A stretch of 57,921 nucleotides of DNA from Catajapyx aquilonaris (taxonomy: Eukaryota): contig KZ538626.1 of NCBI GenBank assembly GCA_000934665.2, forward strand, positions 1-57,921, read 5' to 3'. The first letter of the stretch is position 1, and each line of letters begins with the position of its first letter. This document shows, one piece after another, positions 44,271-56,345 of the stretch. Below the pieces are notes generated by a model. That model was not told where the DNA came from, did no database searches, and saw only the letters and a list, made by a program, of their open reading frames with translations. Made by a program: the position numbers and the translations under genes.

Positions 44271-46881
44271 TCAGTAATAATGATAGGTTTTCTGTAGTTG
44301 GTGCCATTCAAATGTGGTATACCCTGAAGACTAGAGAGAAGGACTGTAGCCAGCAGATAAAATATGTTCTTTCTGTAATATTTGGCAGGACTCACCATCC
44401 AAGGAGGAGAAGACAGATGGCCTTCCCAGACACGAAGGCCGGCGCAGGACACCAACCAGAACCATCTTGTTGCCATTTTGGACCATCACTGGCCCACCCT
44501 CATCCATCTGAAATGAAATTAAGAATATGTATTGCACATGCACAACTTTAAGCAAAAGACAGACTCACCTTACAGGCTCCAAGGTCATTAAGATCCTCTG
44601 TGCATCCTTCCTTGTCATTCACCCACACATCCGGACGAAGCTTGTTTCTGCAGGAACTGCCCAGGTGAAGGCGAACAGCAGCAGCTTGTACTAAAATTTG
44701 AACACTTATTAGTATATTGACTCCGATTTGCCTCCTGGGGAGCGTATAGGTGGCCAGATTTCAGCCAATCGGAGTCGACCGAAATGGTTCATAATTTCCC
44801 GCTAGCGTTGCGGTCCATTGGGTACCGATACTAGCGCCGCCGTGTTGTGGATAAAATTAATATTCCACTCTGAATTTTCCATCATGCCAAAGTAAATGAT
44901 TCAAATTGCCATATGGCAATATTTCGAAGAAGCATTTTATGGTTGTGTTGTGAATGGCACGTACGGTCAGTTGCATTTCCATTCTTGGCACTTCCCCAGC
45001 CAGCCAGCACTCCCCAGCTTCCTGAAGCTTCCATTCTGATTTTGATCTCGTCAGGTAGACAGGCATGTCGCATTTCCCTCAGTCCAGGGCCCAAATTCAG
45101 AGGAGAATCCAAAATGGCCAGAGCCAAGTTGCTTCCTAGGAGAGGACGAAGGCTTGAAACTTCGCGCCATTGGTTCATTGCAGAAGCAGCTCTGGACAAA
45201 TCCTAGAGAAGTAAATAGTTCATTCACATGCTGTAAAACATAGTATAGTGTAGCATCTTATCAGATCAGATGGGATAGGAAGAGTGAAGTACCTGAGCTC
45301 CTGCTACAATCAAGTTGGCCGCAAGAGGGTGTCGTATGCAAGCAAAGTCAGTAAGGACATGACGATCACTTATCAGAGTTCCTGCACACCTGAATATGCG
45401 CTGACCCTCATCATTTTCATGGAAGATGCCCACCACCCAAGGGTACTCTGATGGGCTCACTTTGTAGCCACCCCTCACACGCCCATTCCTTCGGGCTTCT
45501 GCCTCATTAGGACCCAATGCACCACATTCTACATGACAGAAAACAAAAACCATATTAATCTCCTTGACGATCGGATATCTTGTTTGAACAATCAGGATTT
45601 ATATTCCAGTAAGACCAAAATGACACATAATACTGAATTTCACACCTGCCTAAATTAGGCATGAAAAGACACTGCATTACTTCTGTTTCTTTGTATGTTT
45701 CAGTGGGAAGGAGCCAAAGCAACTAAGGTTATCTGGCTATTAGTAAGTGGGACACTGCTAATAAACACAGGTACCATTGATACAGCTCTGAGGGTAACTG
45801 GAGCACAGAAACCCCACCAGCATAGAAAAGTGATGGAGAGACCATTGAGGAGCATTACTTGCATCCTTTGAAGCTTACCACAAGGGGCCATCTTTCCGAC
45901 AATGGCAGACTCATCCTCCTTCTTTGAGGCAGGTTGCGTGGTTGGTGCTTCTGTGGGCTGGTTCCATGGGCAGTCCTGCTTCATCATCCGAACATTTGGT
46001 TCAGGTGCACCACAACCAACGGCACATTTAAATCCTTCATCTCCAACTAACTGGCTGGTGTGGAAGTGAAGCACAAGGTATCTACGCCCCTTGGGTATAT
46101 TTGGGCTCACTTCCTTATGTCCACAATACCTGCAAAATATTCATTTGTTAACAGAATCTCCAAGAGCCTTTCCATTTTTGGAACGTGTACTGGAAGAACA
46201 TGTGCACACACGGTACTTACTCTTTCTCAGAGAATGCATTGCTGTAAACTCGCAGGTAGTCCTTGAAGCAGTCTCGTGACTCTTGTACTTTGAAGCATGG
46301 GCAGCGCAGCCAGAAGTCGCAATCCTCACTCTGTGAAGTCAGTTGTTAGTTCAATGGTTCCAGTTTATTTATCATTAAGTGCTTACATAGAAGCGCCAGG
46401 TTTGCCTCAGCTTATTGGGATAGACACCACCACCATAGTTTGAGCTATTCAATGTAGCAACAACACCAGCTGGAAGTCTGTACCATCCTGCCTTTACATC
46501 TGTGAACACATAATTCCACATTAGTGCTGCTCTAATTGAATACTAAGTCTAACAGACTGACTCACTCTCGTAAACAGTTGTTGCTCGGCCAGGCTTAGCA
46601 GAAAGGCGCTTCAGGTCAAACAATAGCGGAATAATGGTGCGGGGTGTACTGCTGCTTTGGGAGTTGCAACCAACCTGTTGAGAAATATCAATTAGTTATG
46701 CAGTAGTAGATAGTAACATATAAACTGAGGAATCACATGCAATAATGTGCAGTACACACACAATAATGTGCAGTAGTTACCAATGTACTATTGCATTTCA
46801 AATCAATTGTACAGGTTTGAAGTACGCCAAACTTACCGCCACTAGAGCAGCAAAGGAGATGAGTGTGAAAACGAGCTTCAT
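44271..46881 (-). CDS. Secreted CUB-domain serine protease homolog (non-catalytic), 10 exons, about 462 aa
   Basis: Exons 46881-46837 (signal peptide MKLVFTLISFAALVA), 46674-46566, 46499-46387, 46330-46221, 46129-45879, 45528-45293, 45202-44965, 44690-44569, 44507-44396 and 44323-44271; all phases match. CUB motifs SSNYGGGVYPN..W, DCFKDYLRV, YCG and LVLHFHTS..GF. Trypsin-fold motifs ECG..RVRGG, EYPWVV, CAGTLIS, ACLP, AGWG and CKMDEGGP. The last exon is least certain. Confidence 0.85.
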
Positions 46882-47197
46882 TGTTGGCACACTGCTGAAA
46901 CTGAACTTGAGGAAGTGTTGCTGTGGCATTAAATAGATTATGCCACCCCACTCACACAGTGAAATTAACTTCCTGAATCAACTTCCTCCAGGAAGCGAAT
47001 ATCAAATTAGGTATTGTTTTTGGGCCCCCAGCTGCTGAAAGCCCCGGAAGTAATGTTGTGCACCTGTCAATATCTGAACCAATCAGGAATCATGTCTCAA
47101 ACCATTTGTTTATTAACTCCAAAATATTAGTAAAAATATCACTATTGGTACAAATGTTAATCTGATTATTGCTTTGCAATTTGAAAACAGTGATAGA

Positions 47198-49983
47198 TTA
47201 TGCGTTTGCAAGAGCTCTGAGCCTATCTTGGAGCCTGAGCATCTCCTCATTGTCTTTCACCTTTTCCAGATCACCAAGCGGCACATCTGGCAGGTAAGTT
47301 TCCTTAGCCTCTTGCCCACCACCAGCTTCGTCCCCACCATCATTTGCAAGGAGTTCTTCTAACTCAGCCTCAAGTTCCTGGTCATTACATGAAACATCTT
47401 CAAATCCAATGGGAGAAGACAACATATCTTGCACTTCAGCATGGACACCCAACGTCTGCAAATACATTAGAGTATAATTATGACAGTGTTAAACTAAACA
47501 ATTGTTCAATGAAGAGTGCTCCATGTTAATAAACCATGTTAACATGACCACTGCTGCATTATTTTCATGCAAAATGACTCTGAATTCTAGTATATTATAT
47601 ACAGCCAAGATAAAATGCAAATACAGGAAGTCCCCGGTTTACGAATGGGGTTACGTTCCTGAAAATGTCCATAAGTCAGATTTGTCCGTAAGTCGGATCC
47701 CTGAAGAACACTGGAACAGAGCATACATACAACGTAAGATGCTGCTACAACGAACCGCTTACATCATGTGTGTTTGTTTATTTGTGCATAAGAACATAGT
47801 TTCCCAATTATTTATTAATTGTACTGTATTTATGTTGAACTTGGGGTTGGTCAATGTACCCAGAAGTGATTGAAAGTGATGGATAGTTATAAATAGAGAA
47901 CGGATTTCTAGGTTTATACCTACTTTTTATTCTGTAGGCAGAACACCAAAACCAAAATATCTATTCGTTTCGTATCACGATGACTTCAAAAATTGCAGTT
48001 TTATAGAACCTAAAATGGCCTATTTCGGGCGTTGGGACCTAAATGGCCTATTAGAGCCTATTTCTGTAATATTTTCAAGAGTTTTGCAGGTCAAGGCATT
48101 CATCCCGCTTCAACCTGCGAAGGGCAAAGAAGCCGTAGGCATGCCAGATGAACTGACTGTAAAAGACATTTCACTTTTCAAGTATGATCCAGTTACTTCA
48201 TGTGATGTCGAAATGTCATGTTATAAAGATGTATTGTCAGGCAGGTGTTGCCAAATAACTGACATTGACCAACAAAAATATGAAACAACTACTAGTTTGT
48301 TCCTGTGCTACGACATTCCTTGGCCAAGAGTAGGCTGTAATGTTGCATAGGAATGAAAATAAATTATTGCCTGCTTGATTTTTACTGCCTATTTAAGAGG
48401 CTATTTTGACAGTTTTCAGGGCCTAAATGCCTACCTATTTGAGGGTTTTTTTAGAACATAAAAATCAATTCTTTAGTTATAAATTATGCTTTTGGGGAGC
48501 CTTTGGAGCCTCTTCGTAAGTACATATCGCAGTACAGGTTGTTCGTAAACCGGGGACCATCTGCATCTAAGACTATCCAGTGGTGTGTGCATCACACAAC
48601 CCACAAGGCAGCAATACAGGAATGATACCACTCCCAGTCACCATTGCACTGAAGATTGTAAATCACCTGGCTATTAATATAGACAAAAAATAATACGGGC
48701 ATTTTTTGAAACCTTGGGAATCCATGAGTGTCCATGTATATGGATAAAATGGACAGCATAAAGTCTTCATTGCAACAATCGAGTGCATTGTGTCATATGG
48801 AAATGATGCCAGTGTCCATAATAAGCAGAAAATGCATAAATACCTCTTCCAGATCCATCATAGTGTCCTGCACAGCATCTGGATCCATTTCTCCCTTCAG
48901 GCTTCCCTTCAGGGCATCCATCCCACTTCGATAAGCACTCAGAACTGTCTGATCAGTCTGAGCCCCATGAATACTATCCAGGAGGCTTTCAACCTGTTCC
49001 AACATCTGTAGGGTTTTCTCCAAACGACCCTCTAGTGACTTCTTAATCTTCAGATGATGACGGGCCTGTGTGATTGATTGAATGATTGGGCTGTTAATGG
49101 ATGCATGTGTGCTAAGGAGTGGCAAAAGTATGTCACCATTAGTTTTAGTTATGTAATGAATGAAATCCATGCAATAATGAAAAGCAAAAGTGCCAAAATG
49201 ATGTAAGTGATATTTTTTGTGGCTATTGTCGTATAGGGGCCTGCTGTACTACCAAATAGGCTTGTTGCTGAGAAATTCCAAGCCTGTACCAGTAATACAT
49301 GTAATATATTATCACTTTCCTAATAATTGTTAACTTCATTAACTTAATTCAGTTAAAATTTTAATTGTACATCTGTCACTACTGGACTGAAAACTCCCAT
49401 CTTACACTTCCTGACTCTCCTTTTCTCAAATCAGTCACTTGCATTACAAAAGCAATACTTTATATAACAACCTGACCTTTATTTACTGTACTCAAATCAA
49501 AGTGCAACAAATGTACTCACACTTGATCTCTGCTTGTTTCGAATACAATGTCTGGCCTTTGCTTCTGCCTCGTAACAACTTGTGTGCATCTTCTGCACCT
49601 GATCCTGCAAGTACACCTGGGTCTTCTTGGCCAAGAATATCCCTCCATCCATTTCTTGGTTCACCACAACCTGTTTTGTTGAAAACCTGATGATCTCTCA
49701 AATGTACAAGTTAAAAAAATTAAAATGAACCCTTGCATGGCATTAAATGTGTAGAGAACATGACACCTTTTGATTTCTTTGCACTAAAAACTTTGTTCAT
49801 GTGGAATCACAAATAGCACCAGTCATTATCCAACTTGGTCCCGTGTGCTTGTGACATTGCGCGAGTGCACGTTAAAGATCCCCAGAGTGGCCAAATTTCC
49901 AGGAGGAGGACCACCCCCTGGCGTCGGTGTTGAGCCTTAGAGGCAGAAATAGGCCGACGTTAAGCCCCACTGAACCCAGCCAT

Positions 49984-50059
<76 letters not shown>

Positions 50060-53000
50060 GATACCCCGTGATAGGCCTCCTTGGGCCTCTTAGGGGATAA
50101 TCTTTTCGTGAACCGTCTTTAATAATTTGCCTGTAATGTGATGGATTTTGATAGTGGGAGGAAACGGGAGAGCCCCGAGAAAACCCACGCGAACACGGAG
50201 AGAACCCATGGAAACTCTATCCACATAAGCATCCTCTGTCCGACCCGGGGATCGAACTCGGGACCTCAGAGGTGGAAGGCTGCGGCGCTAACCACTCGGC
50301 CACCGTGTCGCCCTTGAACCCAGCCATTATCCAACTGCGAATTCCCACACAGCATGGCCATGAATGCATTAAGAGATTCCTTGATCAGACCCTGAAAATG
50401 TCCCAGTACAATACTCAAAAAAATTGCCTCGCATGTCATATCCCCACAACCAGTGCCAATGCAGGTGCTAGTGGAAACCTGTGTAAGTTGATTCATGCAA
50501 GCTTCCACCTGCATTCACATTAACAAGGGCTACAAGGAAACTTTTTCCAATAGTGTACCATCTTGCATACCCGCCAGAAATACAGGAAAGATGACATATT
50601 TAATGCCCGTTCAGTCACAAGAGCCAGCAACACCTTCCCACCCAATGCTTCCTCATGGAAAATGAATATGTGCAAACATAATTATTATATCATCTTCATC
50701 AGATTACACCACAAAGATGTGGCAAACCCCTTGCTTGAATTTCACTTGCCCAGTGGACTACTGGAATATAACAAAAATTGCTCCAAAAGAGTCCAATAAA
50801 ATTACTGAAATACAATGTCATTGAACTCAAAATAATCAAGCCTCCTTATCATACAAGTTGATCTTTCAAATTCCAAGTACAGGCAGGCCCCAATTTACAA
50901 AAGAGTTATGTTCCAGCAAAACAGGGTTTGAAAATTAAAAGTTGTAAAGCAAGGCCTGCCTGTATGCAGGGTGTGGGAATTTAACATGCCTTCCCTTTGG
51001 AGGATGGTAGAGAGGTTCTAGGCAATCAGTTACAGTATATTTTTATGCTATTTATTTTCCTTCCCCGTTCTTAGGGCCGTAGTAGGCCCTTCAGTTTCAG
51101 TATAGATGCTGTGAGTCTCCACATCATAAAATATAATAGTAACCAAGATAATGGACTTCAAACACAGGGTATAAAATTTCCTGGTACGTGTCCCTCTATG
51201 CGACCTTACCTATTTTGTTTAAATTTCAGGTGTTTCCATGCAATTTAAATTTAACATAAGTTGGATGATCCCATTAAATGTAGCAGACAGTGCCCCAGGT
51301 GATGGAAGTGTCACAGACTGCATCTTCGATATAAAAACAATGCACTCTTTACTTAATGCTAATTATCTCATCAGTAACTATGCCACAGAAACCCATGATG
51401 ATCACCTAGAACCACTCTTCCATCTCCCAAAGCGAAGTCAGGTTAAATTTCCGCACCCTGTACATCTGTCCTGCTGCAATGCTCTACAAAAAATTAAAGA
51501 AGCGACCATAGTATATTTTGACTCAGGTATTGTGGCGATGCGTTCACTTCTCAATTTTTCAAATTTTTTTAGAAAGGTAATTTAGAAAAGGTTGTTAATG
51601 CGAAATATTGTAAAATGGACCCTACGTATAAAAGCCTAAGTGATTCCACAATACTTCATCTTGCTCTTTAATTCCCTATTTCACATCATCAGTAAACAGT
51701 TACAGCAGCAGAGAGCTAGAGTCCTTCCCTCATATGATGACTCCAAACTTTTCGTAATTAAATCATGCATTTTACATGCTACTTGAAGCTCACCGACTCT
51801 GATGGCTGCGCAGAGATCTTGACTACACGGTGCGATCCCACTTTAAATACCGCTGCCTGCCTTGTCTTCTGCAGTTGGCCCAAGATGAGTTCGAGCAGCA
51901 GTGGAGGGGCATTCTTGGAGATGACTCCACTGGACTGGCACTTATCCCATAGGTCACTAACGCCAATCACATAATCAGACAGGGAGTCCTTGCAGGTAGA
52001 TCGGTGATGTTGGGCCACTTGATCTGCTTGTTGCTTCAATATTGCAATGGACACAAGGTCGCTGGATTGGACGGAACTGGAGTTTTCAATGCCTAGGTTT
52101 GACTTGGCCTTAGTGAAAAGCCAGCCAACCGGGCGACGAACAAATAGAGAGACAGCCCAGTCACCCCAGCCTTGCTGTCCCTTGCTGTACTCTTGCAAGA
52201 GAGATTGGGAGGAAATCAGGTCTCCAGTGCTAGGGGGAAAAAATCACTGATGAGGGAGTGTTACAGGGAATTCCAGCAGCAACCATACAAAAAGAAAAAT
52301 CAGTCCCCCTGCAATAGATAATGTGGCCTCTTACAGGATCATCTTTTTAACTACCAACTTAATTAATTTCTGCACATATTTTCTGCTGATACATTTTTAT
52401 TGTGAAAGGAAATGAGAGAACCAGCTGAGATAATCTACTTGAACGCAGAGAACACCAATCATAACTATTTCCACATGAAAATTCCATCAGACTGGATGTC
52501 AGACCTGGACAGAAGGCTGTGGTGCTAACAACTTCACCATATAGAGTATGTTACACATACTAAGCAAACTTCCCAACAATCCAAACAGCAGGGTGTGTCT
52601 CACTAGTATGTAGCCCAGCAGGCAATATACTCATTGGCACAAAACAAGTCAAAAATGTAGTGGGGAGAAATGGTGAGGACCAACTTGTAACAAGGTGGAC
52701 AACGATGCACATTGCCCTGCCCCTAAGCACATGTGGCAACACACACACCTCTTTGAATGGAAATCTCCTGGCGGATGGAACTGCTCACCTTATAATAGTT
52801 GACTAGGAAGCAGGATATGAGAGTGATAATGCTGACTGCAGAAGAGGTGGTCTCACAAAATCCCATCAATATTTCTTATTAACCTCCAAATGCTACTCCC
52901 TAGGCAACCATTGTAAGGCACATGCATCCATCTTCCAGGAGATCTCCTTACAAAGAGGTGTGGTGTGCATTGCCACATGTGCTTAGGGGCAGGCCAATGT

Positions 53001-53741
53001 GTCTTGTCATCTACCTCATTACCAATTGGCCCCTCAATATTTCTTCCCCCTACATTTTTTTACTTGTTTTGTGCCGAGGAGTATACTGCCAGTTAGATGA
53101 CACACTAGCAAGAAACACCCTGTATATTCTGCTCAGCTTCACATCACAGGTCCAACTTGTAAAAGGCAGCAGGTAGTAGCTGCCTTATGGATCTCAACAT
53201 GGTATAACTCTGATTTTTTGGACTATTGTAAATGGGAGAGTTCCCAAGACAAACACATGTTTAAATGACAGTAAAGAAACAGATGGTTCGATGACAAAAT
53301 ATTTAAAATATTTCAAGAACGAAGATTTCAAGTAACATGCCATAACTCAAGTCTGAGAGTGGTCTTTGCTCAACTTGTCGACTGAGGGCAGGGCTAATGT
53401 TGCCCGAATAACTTGGGAGTAACATACCGCTCCATCTCTGCAAGTATGTCACTAAGGCAAAGGGGCTTCCTCCCTTTCCTAGTGAAGCCCTGCAGGGCAT
53501 CTTCCAGTGTAAAGATAGGGCACCGCCTGTGTTGGCACCAACTGGAAACAAGGTCACGCCAAAATGCAGTCTTTGTTCGCCAGTCCTCAGGGTTGGCTTC
53601 CTTTCCTCGCAGAGGGGCAAACAAGGCAGTCATGCGGACTTCACTGTTCGTGTCAGTCCAGCATGTTGGGAGATAACTGGGGACATCTGCAGAGGGTGGC
53701 TGGGGGGAGCCACTCGGAGTCTGCGTCTTTGTGGTGGACAT
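47198..53741 (-). CDS. CHMP7: Charged multivesicular body protein 7 (ESCRT-II/III hybrid), 5 coding exons, about 459 aa
   Basis: Exons 53741-53428, 52229-51794, 49670-49521, 49065-48844 and 47455-47198 with phases 2, 0, 0, 0. N-terminal LFAPLR..NPEDWRTKTAFW, FTRKGRKPLCL, GWGDWAV..VRRPVGW. Snf7-like C-half SIHGAQTDQTVLSAYRSGMDAL and ELEAELEELL. AATAAA (minus) at 47109-47114. A splice acceptor at 53767 implies an upstream non-coding exon. Confidence 0.93.
47624..48563. mobile_element. pogo/Tigger-like non-autonomous element in CHMP7 intron 4
   Basis: TA|CAGGAAGTCCCCGGTTTACGAA ... TTCGTAAACCGGGGACCATCTG|CA form 22-bp TIRs. The right-hand TA appears mutated to CA. Confidence 0.8.
47894..48475 (+). 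mobile_element. hAT-like deletion derivative nested in the pogo-like element
   Basis: 8-bp TSD GTTATAAA at 47886-47893 and 48476-48483. Imperfect TIRs TAGAGAACGGATTTCTAGGTT / AACATAAAAATCAATTCTTTA. The internal remnant FKYDPVTSCDVE..YKDVLS resembles a hAT transposase C-terminus. Confidence 0.7.
49836..49986 (+). mobile_element. 5'-truncated SINE resembling Ruka/Meta-type cores
   Basis: CCCGTGTGCTT..GTGCACGTTAAAGATCCCCAG..GACGTTAAGCCCCA resembles the tick Ruka/MetaSINE body (from recall). TSD CATTATCCAACT at 49824-49835 and 50325-50336. Confidence 0.6.
49987..50314 (-). mobile_element. Full-length tRNA-derived SINE with V-domain-like core and (ATT)n tail
   Basis: A box TGGCCGAGTGG and B box GAGTTCGATCC. 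The core GTTCTCTCCGTGTTCGCGTGGGTTTTCTCGGGGCTCTCCCGTTTCCTCCCAC is V-SINE-like. Trinucleotide tail at about 49987-50058. 16-bp TSD TGAACCCAGCCATTAT at 49971-49986 and 50315-50330. Confidence 0.88.
50880..50962. mobile_element. 83-bp pogo/Tigger-like mini-MITE
   Basis: TA|CAGGCAGGCCCCAATTTACAA ... TTGTAAAGCAAGGCCTGCCTG|TA. Termini are related to the 47624 element. Confidence 0.7.
52589..53122. repeat. Diverged inverted duplication (about 190-bp arms, about 147-bp spacer) in CHMP7 intron 1
   Basis: 52589-52779 is the reverse complement of 52927-53122, e.g. CCTGCCCCTAAGCACATGTGGCAA / TTGCCACATGTGCTTAGGGGCAGG. The paired ORF-track peptides LPHVLRGR appear on opposite strands. Confidence 0.88.
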
Positions 53742-54188
53742 CTTGGAAGACAGGTGCAGTTGTCAACTGGAATAGAACAACTGCTTTACTGACTGCTTGC
53801 ACAGCAACTCACATTAGAAGCTGCAGAGCTTGCAATTATGCACACAATATAGGCATATTCAGCACATATCCGCCGCAATCTTGAGTAAAATCTTATGGCG
53901 GTTTCTCTGAGCTGTGCAACTGTGACTTTGTCCTAAAATTTTGCATGGAGGTCTGGGGTAGGCTCAAAATGTTTGCAACTTGCATGGTGCATGCTTTTTA
54001 CCGCCTACTACTGTAGTCGGCTGCATATCATGTATTTGAATGGTCAATCAGTACTTGCATGCACAAACCTCTGCAGCTGTAAGAGCTCCTACAGCAATTA
54101 TTACAGTGGAAGGTAATGTTTGTAAAATGAATGACAAATAAAATTTCTGAAACATAATTCAGCTTTTCCGTACGTAAATGCAGGCTAA

Positions 54189-54401
54189 AGGCCGGTATCG
54201 ACGTGCGAGTTCCTCGTATGCGAGTCCTCTTACGCGAGAAATCTTGTACGTTGAGACGGACTCTTTGTCACCTCAGGGCCCCTCTTGTCCCTCGAAAAGG
54301 GGATTAAAGTTGAAAATGTTCAACTTTTCCTCCTTCTTCGTGTCCAGGCATGCGCAGTTGCCTCCTCGTATGCGAGAAACCTCGTACGTGGATACCGGTC
54401 T
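54189..54401. mobile_element. PIF/Harbinger (Tourist-like) MITE
   Basis: TAA|AGGCCGGTATCGACGTGCGAG ... CTCGTACGTGGATACCGGTCT|TAA, with a 3-bp TAA TSD and internal CTCGTATGCGAG palindromes. Confidence 0.8.
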
Positions 54402-56124
54402 TAAGTCTAGCACCTATAGTTATTATTATAATATTATGTAACAAAAACAGTCACCTTTCTACGGCTAAGGATACGCTTCAAAAACGATCAGTATGATTAT
54501 GCATGATTAACTTCCTGGTTGGTGATCACGCGGCCAGCTGAGTCACACCTGCTGATAAATCCTCACGCCGCATCCGCTGCACGAGCACCAGCCTCCCGAG
54601 TAAATGCGCCGGACTCAGACCGCAGCCAGGAAGGGAGTGTACAGCAAATAAAGAAACGCATTACTATCTTCCCACCACCAAGTGCGCCATCGCTGCCATC
54701 TTGTGCGCAGGGATGCCAACAGCCCATCCCCATACTGACAAAACTCATGAAGATATTTTAAACTATATGTAACAGTTATAAATGCTTCACCGAGAATGTT
54801 TATACGTACGCATAGTTTCATTATAGATCTATGGCATTGACAATTCTATGATCCATGACATTGGCATTCCGGATGACGTCACATCAGACTGGCTCGACCC
54901 GCGTGCATCCAAATATTGTACCAGATTGGTATACCACTCGTTTCCTACATGGCCAATGTTCAATATTCATGCTGTTTGCCGCAGTTTACTTGAGTCGTCA
55001 TTAGCACATCTTCCCAAATTACATAACACCTTTAAACGAATCGGAGAACTTGTTTATTAGATAGTTTAACAATGCAAAAACCTGTTTGTGGGGGAAATGC
55101 GTAGTAGTTTTGCATGAACCGTTACAAAAAAAAATTGTATACATGTAGTACACCGAATGTTCAATCCCTAAGGTGATTCATGTAACAGTACTAATGTTCA
55201 GAGGGTAGCTTTGGAAATAAGTGCATGGCTATTGTTTAACCACTATGCAGAGAGCTTACCAGCTATAATTGTTAATTCCAACCATGGGAGTTGCGCGAAC
55301 CGTGTTGCGCACGCAGTTAGACGCATTTAAAAAGTCATCTCTAGTTCGTTCAGCAAAAGAATGCCATCACATCACTCTATCTGACAATGAATAAGTCGCC
55401 AGGCAACCTGCGAGTCATTTATTGTTCATACATACATACACACCTTGATACACACCTACACCCATACATACACACATACATTACATGCTATATATTATAC
55501 CATATCTCATCACGACATTAGTCCCAATACAAGATGACCAGGTATGCCAGTACTACAGGGTGGACGGAAAGTTTCGGACCCCCCCNNNNAACCCTACTTT
55601 TCACAGCGTCTTTTCACATCTTTGAAAAGTCCACAAGCAGTACTAATGTACCTACACTATCTTTTGAAGCATAATCTTGAGAACATCTGAGCACCTTCGC
55701 TCTCGCAATTCCATTAATAACTTCGCCTCTGTGACTCATCTAAACATCCTATCTGTTTTGCGTTTATTTTGCTTGTTGCGATGGAGGACACCTGGTCATA
55801 TTCTGCGTCAGATAAGGTTTTTATGACCCTTTTCCATGAGTTCCCCTTCATGCAAATGTTGTGAACTCACTCCTGACCTTATTTTTCGCATTGGTCCATA
55901 ACCTGGTCCAATAAAAATGTGAAAAGGAATGCATTAAATGGCGGACCCGGATGCATTACTTTCGAATTGGTACCATCACATTTGTCTCCATTTTTACTTT
56001 AAAATAATTTTTTTGGTGGGAAAGGACAGTAAAGCAGTCCTATACCTTGGTAAATTAATCAACACTGACACATCCTTTCGTTCACATCCTTTCACACCAA
56101 AAAATTATCTATAATATTAAAATG

Positions 56125-56345
56125 CTTGCGTTGTTTGGCCGAGCCCTCTGATTGGTCCGCCCCCGTATTGTTGCCGCCACCTCTTCCCATTGGCCCCCGT
56201 CCATTGTTGCCGCGACGTATCCATGGCGCATTGTTACCACGACGCCTCCGATTGGCCCCCGTTCCGAGCATGCGCAATGGGTGGGAGAACGCCACAGTCG
56301 CTTGCTGGACGTCAACGAGGAAACATCGCCATTCTCCTCTCCCGT
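56125..56345. promoter_or_regulatory. CpG-rich promoter-like island (candidate CHMP7 promoter)
   Basis: Three ATTGG (CCAAT) boxes near 56151, 56189 and 56251. NRF1-like GCATGCGCA near 56268. Three ATTGTTRCC repeats. High CpG content in AT-rich surroundings, upstream of CHMP7. Confidence 0.45.

Noticed and set aside
50235..50314. Possible tRNA genes here and at 38120-38200, 39170-39245 and 31645-31690
   Set aside because: A/B-box-like motifs are present, but there is no complete acceptor stem. The two best cases continue into SINE bodies with repeat tails.
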